From an uncultured Chloroflexia bacterium (GTDB lineage Bacteria; Chloroflexota; Limnocylindria; Limnocylindrales; CSP1-4), in NCBI GenBank assembly GCA_963720755.1, contig CAVRGP010000002.1:1-64000 (forward strand): a DNA stretch of 64,000 nt, read 5' to 3'. Below are positions 20,306 to 29,929 of the stretch, in pieces. The position numbers and the translations under genes are program-made. The notes under the pieces are model-generated. The model searched no databases and was not told the DNA's origin. It saw only the letters and a program-made list of their open reading frames with translations. How positions within the stretch are numbered: the first letter of the stretch is position 1; the number at the start of each line of letters is the position of its first letter.

Positions 20306-21330
20306 CGTCGGTCGCGAGGGATAGGCTCCAGTCCTCAAACGGAATGACGACCGCCAGCCCCGGACCGGATCGCTTCTTGTCGTGCCGCATTGCCTCGATC
20401 ACGGCGTCCTCGTCGAGGTTCGTCGTGTCAGCGGCGGACGTCAGGATCGGGACAAACATCCGGGCAGCGAACCCATCGAGACGCGCCCGTTCGAAATCGC
20501 CGCGGTAGGACGAAACCAGGGCCGCAAGGATCATCCCCAGAACGACCCCTTGGCCATGGGGGACTGCGAAATCCGTCGCAGAATTCGATCGCGTGGCCGA
20601 AACAGTGGCCGAAGTTCAGCAGGCGTCGGTTCCCGACATCGAACTCGTCCTCCTCGACAAAACGTCGCTTGATGGTGAGTGACGTCCGAACAGCTCCGCT
20701 CACCGCTGCCGGGTCGCGTCTAGCGAGCGCCTCGATCGTTGCCTCGATCTGCGCCCGGTCGACCGGGCTCGACGCGATGTGCATCTTCACGATCTCGCCG
20801 AGCCCACTAAAGAACTGGTGGTCATCGAGGGTGGTGACGAGCGGGGAGTGAACGACCACCCGCCGCGGTGGGTTCATGGTCCCCAACAGGTTCTTGAAAT
20901 CACGGAAGTTCAGCGACGTCTTCGCGCCGATGCAGCTGTCCGCCTGCCCAAGCAGCGTCGACGGCACGTAGACCCAAGGGACGCCTCGATACATGACCGA
21001 AGCCAGGAAGCCAGTCACGTCCTGCACGACTCCACCGCCGATGGAAACCACCACGGTCCTGCGCGTTGCCCCTTGCGCGATCATCGCCTCGCAGAGGACC
21101 GTGACACCGTCGAGCGTCTTCGAATCCTCGGTTGCATCGATGAAGTGCAGGGGCCGAGCCGCCAATGGCGCCAGGGCTCCAGTGCCGTGCAGCTGCCACA
21201 CCCGCCGATCCACCACGAAGAATGCGCTCTCGAGTGCGCCTAGCTCGGTGACCCAATCGACGTCATCAGGAAAGTCCACCGCGTAGTCGCCGAGTTGTGA
21301 CCGGACGGTGAACAAATCTCCTCCGTTCAT
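20220..21330 (-). CDS. 3-dehydroquinate synthase-like sugar-phosphate cyclase (frameshift near 20560)
   Basis: IGGGVVQD, RG, PSTLLGQADSCIGAK, KNLLG, GEIVK, LNFGH..GHAIE, DKK. Confidence 0.75.
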
Positions 21331-21998
21331 CAGATAATCGAATAGCCTCCGTCGCAAACGACAGTCTGACCGGTCATGAACGAATTGCGGGCCGAAGCGA
21401 GGAACGCGACCAGTTCGGCGATCTCTTCGGGTTGTGCCATCCGCCTGAGCGGAACGCCTTGGGCGATGGCAGCGATCTCCTCTGGGCTGTTGTTCTGAGT
21501 CGTCATCTCGGTCAGGACAAAGCCTGGCGCAACCGAGTTCACGAGGACGCCCCGAGGTCCGAATTCGACCGCCATAGCGCGGGTCAGGCCGTCGAGCCCA
21601 GTCTTGGCCACGGTGTACGGGAGACGACGCTCCTTGGCGACGATCGCCCACACGGACGAGATATTGACGACGCGACCCCAACCGCGCTCGGCCATCGCCG
21701 GCGCTAGTGCCCGGGCCAGTCGAAATGGCGCGACAAGGTTTACCTCCAGCGTGTCGTGCAGCAGGTCGTCGTCCGTCTCTTCGAGTCGAGCGAGACGGTT
21801 GAAACCCGCATCGTTCACGAGGATGTCGACCGGGCCGTCGAGTCGTGCGAGGTATCGGTAGGTCGAGGCGGGGTCGGCGAGATCGAGTTCGGAGCGCGGT
21901 GGCAAAAGCACCTCGGCTCCCAGGTCCGCGAACCGCTCCGCGACAGCTCGTCCGATCCCACGTGACGCACCGGTCACGAGGGCGACCCTCCCGTTCAC
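21330..21998 (-). CDS. SDR oxidoreductase (FabG-like)
   Basis: TGASRGIG, NISS, YTVAK, VAPG. Confidence 0.9.
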   Translation of the reverse strand: MNGRVALVTGASRGIGRAVAERFADLGAEVLLPPRSELDLADPASTYRYLARLDGPVDILVNDAGFNRLARLEETDDDLLHDTLEVNLVAPFRLARALAPAMAERGWGRVVNISSVWAIVAKERRLPYTVAKTGLDGLTRAMAVEFGPRGVLVNSVAPGFVLTEMTTQNNSPEEIAAIAQGVPLRRMAQPEEIAELVAFLASARNSFMTGQTVVCDGGYSII

Positions 21999-22807
21999 TC
22001 CAGCATGCCGCCTGCCTGCTCGATGCTCCGGGCGTATCGCGCTTCCAACATCTCGATGCGCGTGCGGTCCTCCTCGAAGATCCCACCGTAGAAGTCGCGC
22101 TTGTTCTTAAGCCACATTAGCTCGAATCCGACGGCCTTGAGGATGCCCGCCTCAGCAGCGTCGTCAAGGGCGGCCGGACAGGCGAAGATCACCTTGCGCG
22201 TTTCGTAGCGATCGAGAAGATCACCAAGATCTCGCATGAAGGGCAATGCTTCCTTCGCGATCCCGCCGCCCACCGCGCATTCGAGCCCCTTGGCCTTGGC
22301 GGCCTGGAAGACCCTGCGACCGATATCGAGGATCGTGGGGCTGTTTATCTCGTCACGGTCCATGCCAAGCGACCCTGACATGTCGACTCTGCCGAGAACG
22401 ATGCCGTCCAGCTCGTCGATTTCCGGCAGCTCGAGCATCTCATCCAGGTTGTCGACTGATGTGATCGTCTCGATATTTGCGGCGAATGCAACATCGTGGC
22501 GCTCGCTCGCCGGAAAGGCCAGATGAGCAGCGGCCAGGAATTTGTGGAGCGCGTAGGCCGACTCGATCATCGGTCCCACGACACGCTCGACACCGATGAC
22601 GCGAGCCTCATACAAGTCGCGTAGCGCTTCGCCACCGCCAACCTTGATGGTCAGGCCCAGGCCAGAGGTGGACACTACGTCCTTCAGTCGCATCGCCTCT
22701 TCGATCCTTGTGCCCTCGGCCTCAAATTCGGCCTTGACCCCGGCCACGTGATGGTTCTCGCGAAGGTCCTGCAGCTGGTGGACCATCTTTCGCTCTAGCT
22801 CGTTCAC
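21995..22807 (-). CDS. HpcH/HpaI aldolase / citrate lyase family protein
   Basis: KAEFEAEG, PMIES, NIET, GRVD; SD AGGAG before GTG 22807. Confidence 0.75.
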   Translation of the reverse strand: MNELERKMVHQLQDLRENHHVAGVKAEFEAEGTRIEEAMRLKDVVSTSGLGLTIKVGGGEALRDLYEARVIGVERVVGPMIESAYALHKFLAAAHLAFPASERHDVAFAANIETITSVDNLDEMLELPEIDELDGIVLGRVDMSGSLGMDRDEINSPTILDIGRRVFQAAKAKGLECAVGGGIAKEALPFMRDLGDLLDRYETRKVIFACPAALDDAAEAGILKAVGFELMWLKNKRDFYGGIFEEDRTRIEMLEARYARSIEQAGGMLE

Positions 22808-22815
22808 GGGTGCTC

Positions 22816-24798
22816 CTAAGACTTCTTCTCGTACGGGTCGATCAACATGTTCTCCAGCAGCTCCGCGCGATCGAGCCAAGGAAACATGTCCTCAAGAGGC
22901 TTCGACATCAGCCGTCCATCCGGCAATTTCTCGGCGATCACCTTTGGTGAAAACGCCTGTTCTGGGTCCATGACGACGTCGAGTAATGACGGACCATCAG
23001 TTGCGAGCATCTCGTCGATGGCGGCACTCAACAAGGGGAGCTCGCCAACCCTGGTGGCGGGAATGCCATACGCACCCGCGAGCGCGACCATATCCGGCAA
23101 GCCGAGACCGCTCGCCACGCTCTCGCCAAATCGGTTGCCCGCGAACAGGTTGTCCTGGGTCTGGCGCATGGATAGGTATCCAGCGTTATTGAACACGAAC
23201 ACCTTGATCGGGAGCTGGTGATGGACAATCGTCTCGAGCTCCTGGACGTTCATCTGGATGCTTCCGTCCCCAGCCAGACAGATGACGCGTCGGCTCACGC
23301 CCCCCATGGACATGCGTGCACACGCGGCGCCGATCGCCGTCGGAAGGTCGTAGCCCATCCCCGCAGTGCCGGAGTTCACGATGACCTGCTGGCCCCTTTT
23401 CAAGCGCAGGGCCTGCAGGGCTGTCACGCAAGCCGAACCATTCGCAAGGACGATGACGTCGTCGGCTTCGAGATGGTCTGACAGCTCATCGACGAAGACG
23501 TAGGGGTTGATCGGCGTCTGTCGCCGCCGGTAATCCGGCAGAACGACCGGATAGCGCGCGCGCCGGTCCGCACACCAAGCGAGCCACTCCGTCCACGGTC
23601 GCGGTGGCGCGCCGTCATCGACCAACTCCCGCAAGACCCGAACGAACCAGCCGACCTCGGCTTGGATCGCCAGATCCGGCGATATGGTGGGTTTGGCCAG
23701 CTCCGCGGCATCGATGTCGACGACGACGAGGTCAGCGGCCCGGGCAAATGCCGCGAATTCGTACCCGATCTGGCGGATGTTGAGACGGCAGCCCAGCACG
23801 ATCAGAAGATCCGCATTCTGGACAGCGAAGTTCCCTGCGCGGTCTCCGATCGATCCCGGCCGCCCCACGAATAGCGGGTGGTCCTGCCACATCGCATCCA
23901 GCGCGTTCCAAGCGGTCACCACGGGCACCTGCAGGTCATCGACAAGGCATCGGAAGTCGTCGAGTGCCCCCGCGCTCCGGAGGGCCGACCCAGCCAGGAT
24001 CACCGGGCGCTGAGACGTTCGCAACTTCGCCAGGACCGACTTCGCCTGTTCGGCCGCCAGCGTCCGATCGAAGATGCCGGCAAGCGCACCTCGATCCTGC
24101 GGTGGAGTCGTCGCTGGCAGCCAGATCTCGCTCTCGGGCAGGATCTCCCCGGGCAAGGAGACGCCGGTGATGACGCTGACTTCTCGCCCCCGGATTGGGT
24201 TAACCAGGTGATCGGGCAGATCCTCGAGTTCGCGTGAGTCAAAACTGCGCAGGAGATCCGGATCGACCTGAGCCGATTGCACGTTGAGTGGCACGTCCAA
24301 CCAGACAGGCCCCGGCCGGCCGGCGCGAGCGAGGTAGGCCGCCTTCTCGAACTGGTAACGAGCCTCCTGAGGATCGGTGATCATCGCAGCGTACTTGGTG
24401 ATGGGCGCGACGATGCGGATGATGTCGCCTTCCTGATCTCCCAGCTGACGGAGCGGAAGGCCAGTGCTAGCCACTGTCGTGTCGAAGCGAACCTGACCCG
24501 ACAGGAAAAGGCCAGGGACGGAGTCGTGCCACATTCCGAGCACGCCCGTGATGGAATTGGTCCCACCAGGGCCACTGGTGACGATGGCCACCCCAAGGGT
24601 TCGCTTCGTCCGCGCATATCCTTCGGCCGCGATCGCACACGCCTGCTCATGCTGGTTGAACATGACGTCAACGTCGGGGTTCGAGCGCAGCGCGTCATCG
24701 AGGTGCATCGCACCGCCACCTGTGATGGCGAACACTCTGTCAACGCCCAGGTGTGGGAGCCGGGCGATGATGTAGTCCGCGACACGCATGGTGCTCAT
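22816..24798 (-). CDS. ThDP-dependent enzyme, acetolactate-synthase-like (YerE-type carboligase candidate)
   Basis: GGGAMHL, HEQ....AAEGY, TSGPG.TN, GPVWLDVP, GDGS...N ThDP motif. Confidence 0.85.
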   Translation of the reverse strand: MSTMRVADYIIARLPHLGVDRVFAITGGGAMHLDDALRSNPDVDVMFNQHEQACAIAAEGYARTKRTLGVAIVTSGPGGTNSITGVLGMWHDSVPGLFLSGQVRFDTTVASTGLPLRQLGDQEGDIIRIVAPITKYAAMITDPQEARYQFEKAAYLARAGRPGPVWLDVPLNVQSAQVDPDLLRSFDSRELEDLPDHLVNPIRGREVSVITGVSLPGEILPESEIWLPATTPPQDRGALAGIFDRTLAAEQAKSVLAKLRTSQRPVILAGSALRSAGALDDFRCLVDDLQVPVVTAWNALDAMWQDHPLFVGRPGSIGDRAGNFAVQNADLLIVLGCRLNIRQIGYEFAAFARAADLVVVDIDAAELAKPTISPDLAIQAEVGWFVRVLRELVDDGAPPRPWTEWLAWCADRRARYPVVLPDYRRRQTPINPYVFVDELSDHLEADDVIVLANGSACVTALQALRLKRGQQVIVNSGTAGMGYDLPTAIGAACARMSMGGVSRRVICLAGDGSIQMNVQELETIVHHQLPIKVFVFNNAGYLSMRQTQDNLFAGNRFGESVASGLGLPDMVALAGAYGIPATRVGELPLLSAAIDEMLATDGPSLLDVVMDPEQAFSPKVIAEKLPDGRLMSKPLEDMFPWLDRAELLENMLIDPYEKKS

Positions 24799-24808
24799 GC
24801 GTCGGGCC

Positions 24809-25702
24809 TCACGAGTCGAACTCGAGTCTAGCCCGGTCGATCCCCGACCGACGGTCCGCATACCACCCAAAGAGCTGATCGATGGCCACGTCCGATGGGG
24901 TGAACGTCAGCTGCGGCATCGCCTGTCGCAGTCGGGCGTTGTCAGCCGTGTACTCGGGGCCATGCCCGTCCTTGCCGACCCGCACCTTCACGTCGTTGCC
25001 TGACCTAGCTGCGACCGCGTCAGCGAGGGCTTTGAGGCTGTCGGTCGAGTCGGGACCCACGTTGTAGGCGCGATGCTCGGCGGACCCGGCCAACGCCCAA
25101 TCCACCACCGGCATCAGATCATCGATGAAGAGATAGCTGAAGCGTCGGTCCTGCCGGAGAGTGATGGGCATGTGCCAAAGAGATCGACAGATCGCGTTCG
25201 AGATGAACCGGATGCCATAGTCTTCGTATCGCCCGAAGACGCCAAATAGCCGCAGTTCGACGATCGGATGCTTGGGATCCAACGGCATTGCGTCGAGGAA
25301 TCGAGCGATCGCGTATTTCGAGAGACCGTGGTCGTCTTCGGGCACCGATCTGCCGAGAAGGGACTCAGCGACGCGAACGAGGGATTCGCGTGTGTCGTAT
25401 ACGGCGCCCGAACTGAGAAAGACGAGGGTTTCGAACCGGTCCCGATTCCGCTCGATGTTGAAGAACATCCGGAGGTTGGTCCAGATCTGGCGGGATGGAT
25501 CCTGCGCGGCGCGGTGACCAGGTCGGACGGCGCCATGAACCACGGCGTCGACGGCATGCTCACGAAACCAGGCGTTCACCGCGCGGTCGTCGGAAAGGTC
25601 GAGCTGCGAATGGCTTGGAGCAAGCACCTCATGCTCTCGCGACAGGTGCTCACTGAGGTTCCGACCGATGAAGCCGCTACCGCCCGTCAAGAGGATCCTC
25701 AT
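24809..25702 (-). CDS. NAD-dependent epimerase/reductase
   Basis: TGGSGFIG, SSGAVY, LRLFGVFG; HGLSK in place of YxxxK. Confidence 0.8.
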   Translation of the reverse strand: MRILLTGGSGFIGRNLSEHLSREHEVLAPSHSQLDLSDDRAVNAWFREHAVDAVVHGAVRPGHRAAQDPSRQIWTNLRMFFNIERNRDRFETLVFLSSGAVYDTRESLVRVAESLLGRSVPEDDHGLSKYAIARFLDAMPLDPKHPIVELRLFGVFGRYEDYGIRFISNAICRSLWHMPITLRQDRRFSYLFIDDLMPVVDWALAGSAEHRAYNVGPDSTDSLKALADAVAARSGNDVKVRVGKDGHGPEYTADNARLRQAMPQLTFTPSDVAIDQLFGWYADRRSGIDRARLEFDS

Positions 25703-25708
25703 TCAGCG

Positions 25709-26401
25709 TCACTCCCACGCATCGGTGTAGATCGACTCGAGAGGGATCCCGCGCCCGAGTAGCTGTTCCGTGAGGGTCCCGAGCATCGCTGGGGGCCCGC
25801 TGAGGTAGTACGCCGGGTCGTTCAGACTCGCAACGGCCGGCGCCGCGATGTTGGCGTCGAGGCGGCCGTCGGTTTCCTCGCAAATCAGGTGGCACGTCAG
25901 CGACGAGACCGACCCGGCGCACGCCTGGACCAGGGGGCCGTAGACGAAGAGGTCGAGTGTCCGGGCGCCGTAGAAGAGGACGACCTGCGGGGCGTTCCTG
26001 GGTGTGAGCGATTGGAGGAACGCGGTGAATGCAGTCACGCCGGTGCCGCCCGCGAACAGCACCGCGTCCCTGTGCGGGTCGATCACGAAGTCGCCATAGG
26101 GAAGCTTGGCCCACACAGTGGCGCCGGGTACCACCTCATGCTCCATCCGGGTCGTGAACCGGCCCTTGACCGCGTATGTGATCTGCAAGCGATCGCGCTC
26201 TCGCGGTGAGCTTGCGATCGAGAAGACCCTCGACTCCGGCCAGAAACCGACACCGTCGTATGGATCGATCGCGAAGTGCAGGAACTGCCCTGGTCTGAAC
26301 ATAGGAACGGGGAGCGAAGGCGCGAGTTCTACGGTGTACACGCGTTCTCCGTGATCAGTCACCGCGTCCACCAGGCAAGGGATCTTGCGAACAACGGCCA
26401 C
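25709..26401 (-). CDS. FNR-like FAD/NAD oxidoreductase (E3/DdhD-like, lacks the ferredoxin domain)
   Basis: PGQF, RVFSIAS, PYG.F, AGGTG.TAF, YGAR, SGPP.M. Confidence 0.75.
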   Translation of the reverse strand: MAVVRKIPCLVDAVTDHGERVYTVELAPSLPVPMFRPGQFLHFAIDPYDGVGFWPESRVFSIASSPRERDRLQITYAVKGRFTTRMEHEVVPGATVWAKLPYGDFVIDPHRDAVLFAGGTGVTAFTAFLQSLTPRNAPQVVLFYGARTLDLFVYGPLVQACAGSVSSLTCHLICEETDGRLDANIAAPAVASLNDPAYYLSGPPAMLGTLTEQLLGRGIPLESIYTDAWE

Positions 26402-26407
26402 CGCCGC

Positions 26408-27784
26408 TCAGCGGTCCAAGGACGCAGGTGCCGGCCGGCCGCTCGTCATGATCGTGGTCCGCTCGCCGGCCATGAAACGTCCGAACGCGTCGACGATGTA
26501 GTCCACCTGGGCATCGCTGATTCCCGGGTAGACGCCGACGAAGAACGTGTCGTTCATGACGATGTCGGTATTGGCCAAGTCGCCGACAACGCGACGTTCG
26601 ATGGGCTCGAAGGCCGGGTGACGGAGCAGGTTGCCGCTGAACAAACCGCGCGTCTCGATCCGGTTCGCCTCCAGGAACGCGGTCAGCTCCGCTCGCGTGA
26701 AGCCGGCGTCCGGCCGAACGGTGATGACGAAGGCGAACCACGACGGATCCGAGTGAGGTGGCGCCACCGGCAGGAGCAGTCGGTCCCCATACAGGCGCAG
26801 ACCATCGAACAAGCGAGCGTGATTGTGCTTGCGCGCCTCGGTGAACTGCGGAAGGCGAGGGAGCTGGGCGCATCCGATAGCGGCCTGCATGTCCGTGGCC
26901 TTCAGGTTGTAGCCCAGGTGTGTATACACATACTTGTGGTCGTAGCCGTACGGCAGGCTGCCGAACTGCTGCGCAAACCGCTTGCCGCACGTGTTGTTCT
27001 CCCCGCCCGCGCAGTAACAATCCCGGCCCCAGTCGCGGATCGAACGAGCGATCCTGGCCAACTCGTCGTCGTCGCTGACGACCATGCCGCCTTCCCCGGT
27101 GGTGATGTGGTGGGCCGGATAGAAGGACGACGTCGCCAGGTGGCCGAACGTCCCGGTGAGTCGTTCGCGGTAGGTCGACCCCAGGGCGTCGCAGTTGTCC
27201 TCGACGAACCAGAGGTCGTGGTCGTCCACGAGCTGCATGACGGTATCAAGGTCGCATGGCACGCCCAGCGTGTGCGCGAGCATGATCGCCCGAGTACGAG
27301 GAGAGACCGCCGCGCGCAACTGCTCGGGATCGGCGTTGTAGTCGCCAAGCCGGACATCGACGAAGACCGGCACGAGTCCGTTCTGCACGATCGGAGCCAC
27401 GGTGCTCGGGAAGCCCGCCGCTACGGTAATGACTTCGTCCCCGGGCTTGAGCCTGCGATTACCCAGCTTCGGCGACGTGAGCGTGGTGAGTGCCACCAGG
27501 TTGGCGGACGAACCCGAATTGACGAACAGCGCATCCGAGCGGCCCAGATAGTCGGCGACGCTGGCCTCGAACAGCTCGGTGTAGCGACTGGCCGTCAAGT
27601 AGAAATCGAGGCTCGAGTCGACAAGGAGGCGCATCTCCTCCTCGCCGAACACACGACCTGCGTAGCGCACGGGGTCCCGGTCGGCGTCGAACGGCCCCGA
27701 CGAATGGCGCTCGCGGTAATAGCGGCCCACCAGTTCGAGGATCTCCGTGCGTGTCTCGGACGCGACGTCGCGCCTGTCCGTCAA
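26408..27784 (-). CDS. rfbH: CDP-4-keto-6-deoxyglucose 3-dehydrase (E1)
   Basis: NSGSSANL, AHTLG, EDNCDALG, SFYPAHHITTGEGG (His at the Lys site), DWGRDCYC..TC, GYDHKY. Confidence 0.92.
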   Translation of the reverse strand: MTDRRDVASETRTEILELVGRYYRERHSSGPFDADRDPVRYAGRVFGEEEMRLLVDSSLDFYLTASRYTELFEASVADYLGRSDALFVNSGSSANLVALTTLTSPKLGNRRLKPGDEVITVAAGFPSTVAPIVQNGLVPVFVDVRLGDYNADPEQLRAAVSPRTRAIMLAHTLGVPCDLDTVMQLVDDHDLWFVEDNCDALGSTYRERLTGTFGHLATSSFYPAHHITTGEGGMVVSDDDELARIARSIRDWGRDCYCAGGENNTCGKRFAQQFGSLPYGYDHKYVYTHLGYNLKATDMQAAIGCAQLPRLPQFTEARKHNHARLFDGLRLYGDRLLLPVAPPHSDPSWFAFVITVRPDAGFTRAELTAFLEANRIETRGLFSGNLLRHPAFEPIERRVVGDLANTDIVMNDTFFVGVYPGISDAQVDYIVDAFGRFMAGERTTIMTSGRPAPASLDR

Positions 27785-28897
27785 GTGTCCGACCTCTCTC
27801 CGTCGTCCCGAGCCCAGACCAGCCCCGCGGTGCGGGCGTCGTGCTGGTAAGCGTGGAGTTCATCGTCGACCAGGTCGCGCGCTCGCGCAGGGGCCCGGTA
27901 GTACTCGCGGTACCAAGACGCCGTCCGCCTGACTGCGGTCGAGGGATCCCAGACCGGATCTCCATCCAAGCTGCTCTCGTGCCTTGGAACTGTCGAGGCT
28001 CAGCCGCTGGGCTTCATGTGGCTGACCTTCGGACCTAGCAGGCGTCGTCCAGGTGCCGGCGCCCCACTCCGCCAGGAATCGCTCCACGACCCAACGAACC
28101 GGCTGGTCGGACCGTTCCAGAGTAGGTCCGAAATTCCATGCTCCAGCGAAACGACGCCCGTGGCGGAGCAGCGCCGCGCCGAGCAAGAGGTACCCGGACA
28201 GAGGTTCGAGGACATGCTGCCAGGGACGGATGGCGTCCGGGTTTCGAACGAGGATGGGTTCCCCGGAGATCAGAGCTCGGACGGAATCCGGGATGATCCG
28301 ATCGGGCGCCCAATCGCCTCCGCCGATGACATTGCCGGCCCGCACGGATGCGACCGCGGCTCCGTCGGCGAAGAAACTCTCGCGATAGGCGTTGGTGACC
28401 ACTTCCGCGCCCGCTTTGCTCGCTCCGTACGGGTCACGGCCACCGAGCGGGTCTGTCTCTTGGAAGGCTTGGCCGGTCTCGCAATTCTCGTAGACCTTGT
28501 CACTGGTCACGATGACCACCGCCCGAACCGAAGGGCAGACCCGCGCTGCTTCGAGGACATTGACGGTGCCCATGACGTTCGTCTCGAATGTCTCCCGCGG
28601 CTCTTCGTATGCCCGACGGACAAGCGCTTTGGCCGCGAGATGGAAGATCACCGCCGGCTGCGCTGCCTGCACTTCGGCCCCGAGCCGGTCGCGGTCGCGG
28701 ACATCGGCAACCACATGATGGACTCGCGCCTCGAGATCCAAAGCGTCGAACAGACTAGGCTCGGTTGGCGGGTCAAGTGCGAAACCCGTGACCTCGGCAC
28801 CCATCGTCCCAAGCCAGGACGAGAGCCACGATCCCTTGAATCCGGTGTGGCCGGTGACGAACACACGGCGGCCGGCATACGTCTCAGCCAGGCGCAT
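27781..28897 (-). CDS. rfbG: CDP-glucose 4,6-dehydratase (frameshift near 27960)
   Basis: VTGHTGFKGSWL, TSDKVY, RAGNVIGGGDW, RPWQHVLEPL, WNFGP; C-terminus in ORF 27781..27969. Confidence 0.9.
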
Positions 28898-29726
28898 CCG
28901 TGGCCCCGGTGTCGCTCCGTGCATCTGCGTTGCTCCAGACCGCCCACGGCGCGGTTCCGGAGTCCCACAGAGCCTGGAGTGTGCGGACGTCGCGCAGGGC
29001 GTCCATCGGCTGCCAGAACCCGCGGTGGCGGAACGCCACAAGCTCGCCGCTGGCAGCGAGGCCTTCAAGGGGAGCGCTCTCGAACAGTGTGTCGTCGCCC
29101 TCGATGCGGTCAAGAACCGCCGGCTCGAGCACAAAGAACCCGCTATTCACCCAAGAGCCATCGCCGATCGGTTTCTCCTGGAAGGCCCGGACGCCGGGTG
29201 CGACCACGCCGCCCACCATCTCGTCAGGCTCGATCTCGAGCGATCCGAAACGCCCCAGTGGCTGAACGGCCGTGATGGTCGCCAACTTGCCGTGCGACCG
29301 GTGGAACTCAAGGAGCTTGGCGATGTCCACATCCGCGACACCATCGCCGTAGGCGAGCATGAATGTGTCATCGCGGATGTACTCGCTGACGCGCTTGATG
29401 CGCCCGCCCGTCTGCGTCTTCGGCCCCGTGTCGACTAGCGTCACGCGCCATGGCTCGGCGGCGTTCTGGTGGACCACCATCGAGTTATCACGCATGTCGA
29501 AGGTCACGTCGGACATGTGCAGGAAGTAGTTCGAGAAATACTCCTTGATCACGTAGCCCTTGTAGCCGAGGCACACCACGAAGTCGCTGAATCCGTAGTG
29601 GCTGTAGGTCTTCATGATGTGCCACAGGATCGGCCGCTCCCCGATCTCGACCATCGGCTTTGGCCGCGATGCGGTCTCTTCGGATAGGCGCGTGCCTAGA
29701 CCGCCGGCGAGGATGACGACCTTCAC
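28884..29726 (-). CDS. rfbF: Glucose-1-phosphate cytidylyltransferase
   Basis: ILAGGLGTRLSEET..PKPMVEIG, GYKG..IKEYF, TGGR, GFWQPMD. Confidence 0.95.
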   Translation of the reverse strand: MKVVILAGGLGTRLSEETASRPKPMVEIGERPILWHIMKTYSHYGFSDFVVCLGYKGYVIKEYFSNYFLHMSDVTFDMRDNSMVVHQNAAEPWRVTLVDTGPKTQTGGRIKRVSEYIRDDTFMLAYGDGVADVDIAKLLEFHRSHGKLATITAVQPLGRFGSLEIEPDEMVGGVVAPGVRAFQEKPIGDGSWVNSGFFVLEPAVLDRIEGDDTLFESAPLEGLAASGELVAFRHRGFWQPMDALRDVRTLQALWDSGTAPWAVWSNADARSDTGATDAPG

Positions 29727-29929
29727 CACTCGCCTGCTTCCCGAGCAAAGCATCGATGGACCACGACCTTAGTGTATCTGCGGTGGCGGCGTCACGGCGT
29801 CCAAGGACCTCCACGTCCGCCCGGCGGCCAGCGGAGTTGTCAGCCCCGGGACCGGCACCGCGAGCGCCGTCGCGGTTGGGGCTGGCGCGAACGCGCCCGG
29901 CCATATCCGCATCACGCATGCATAGTCCG

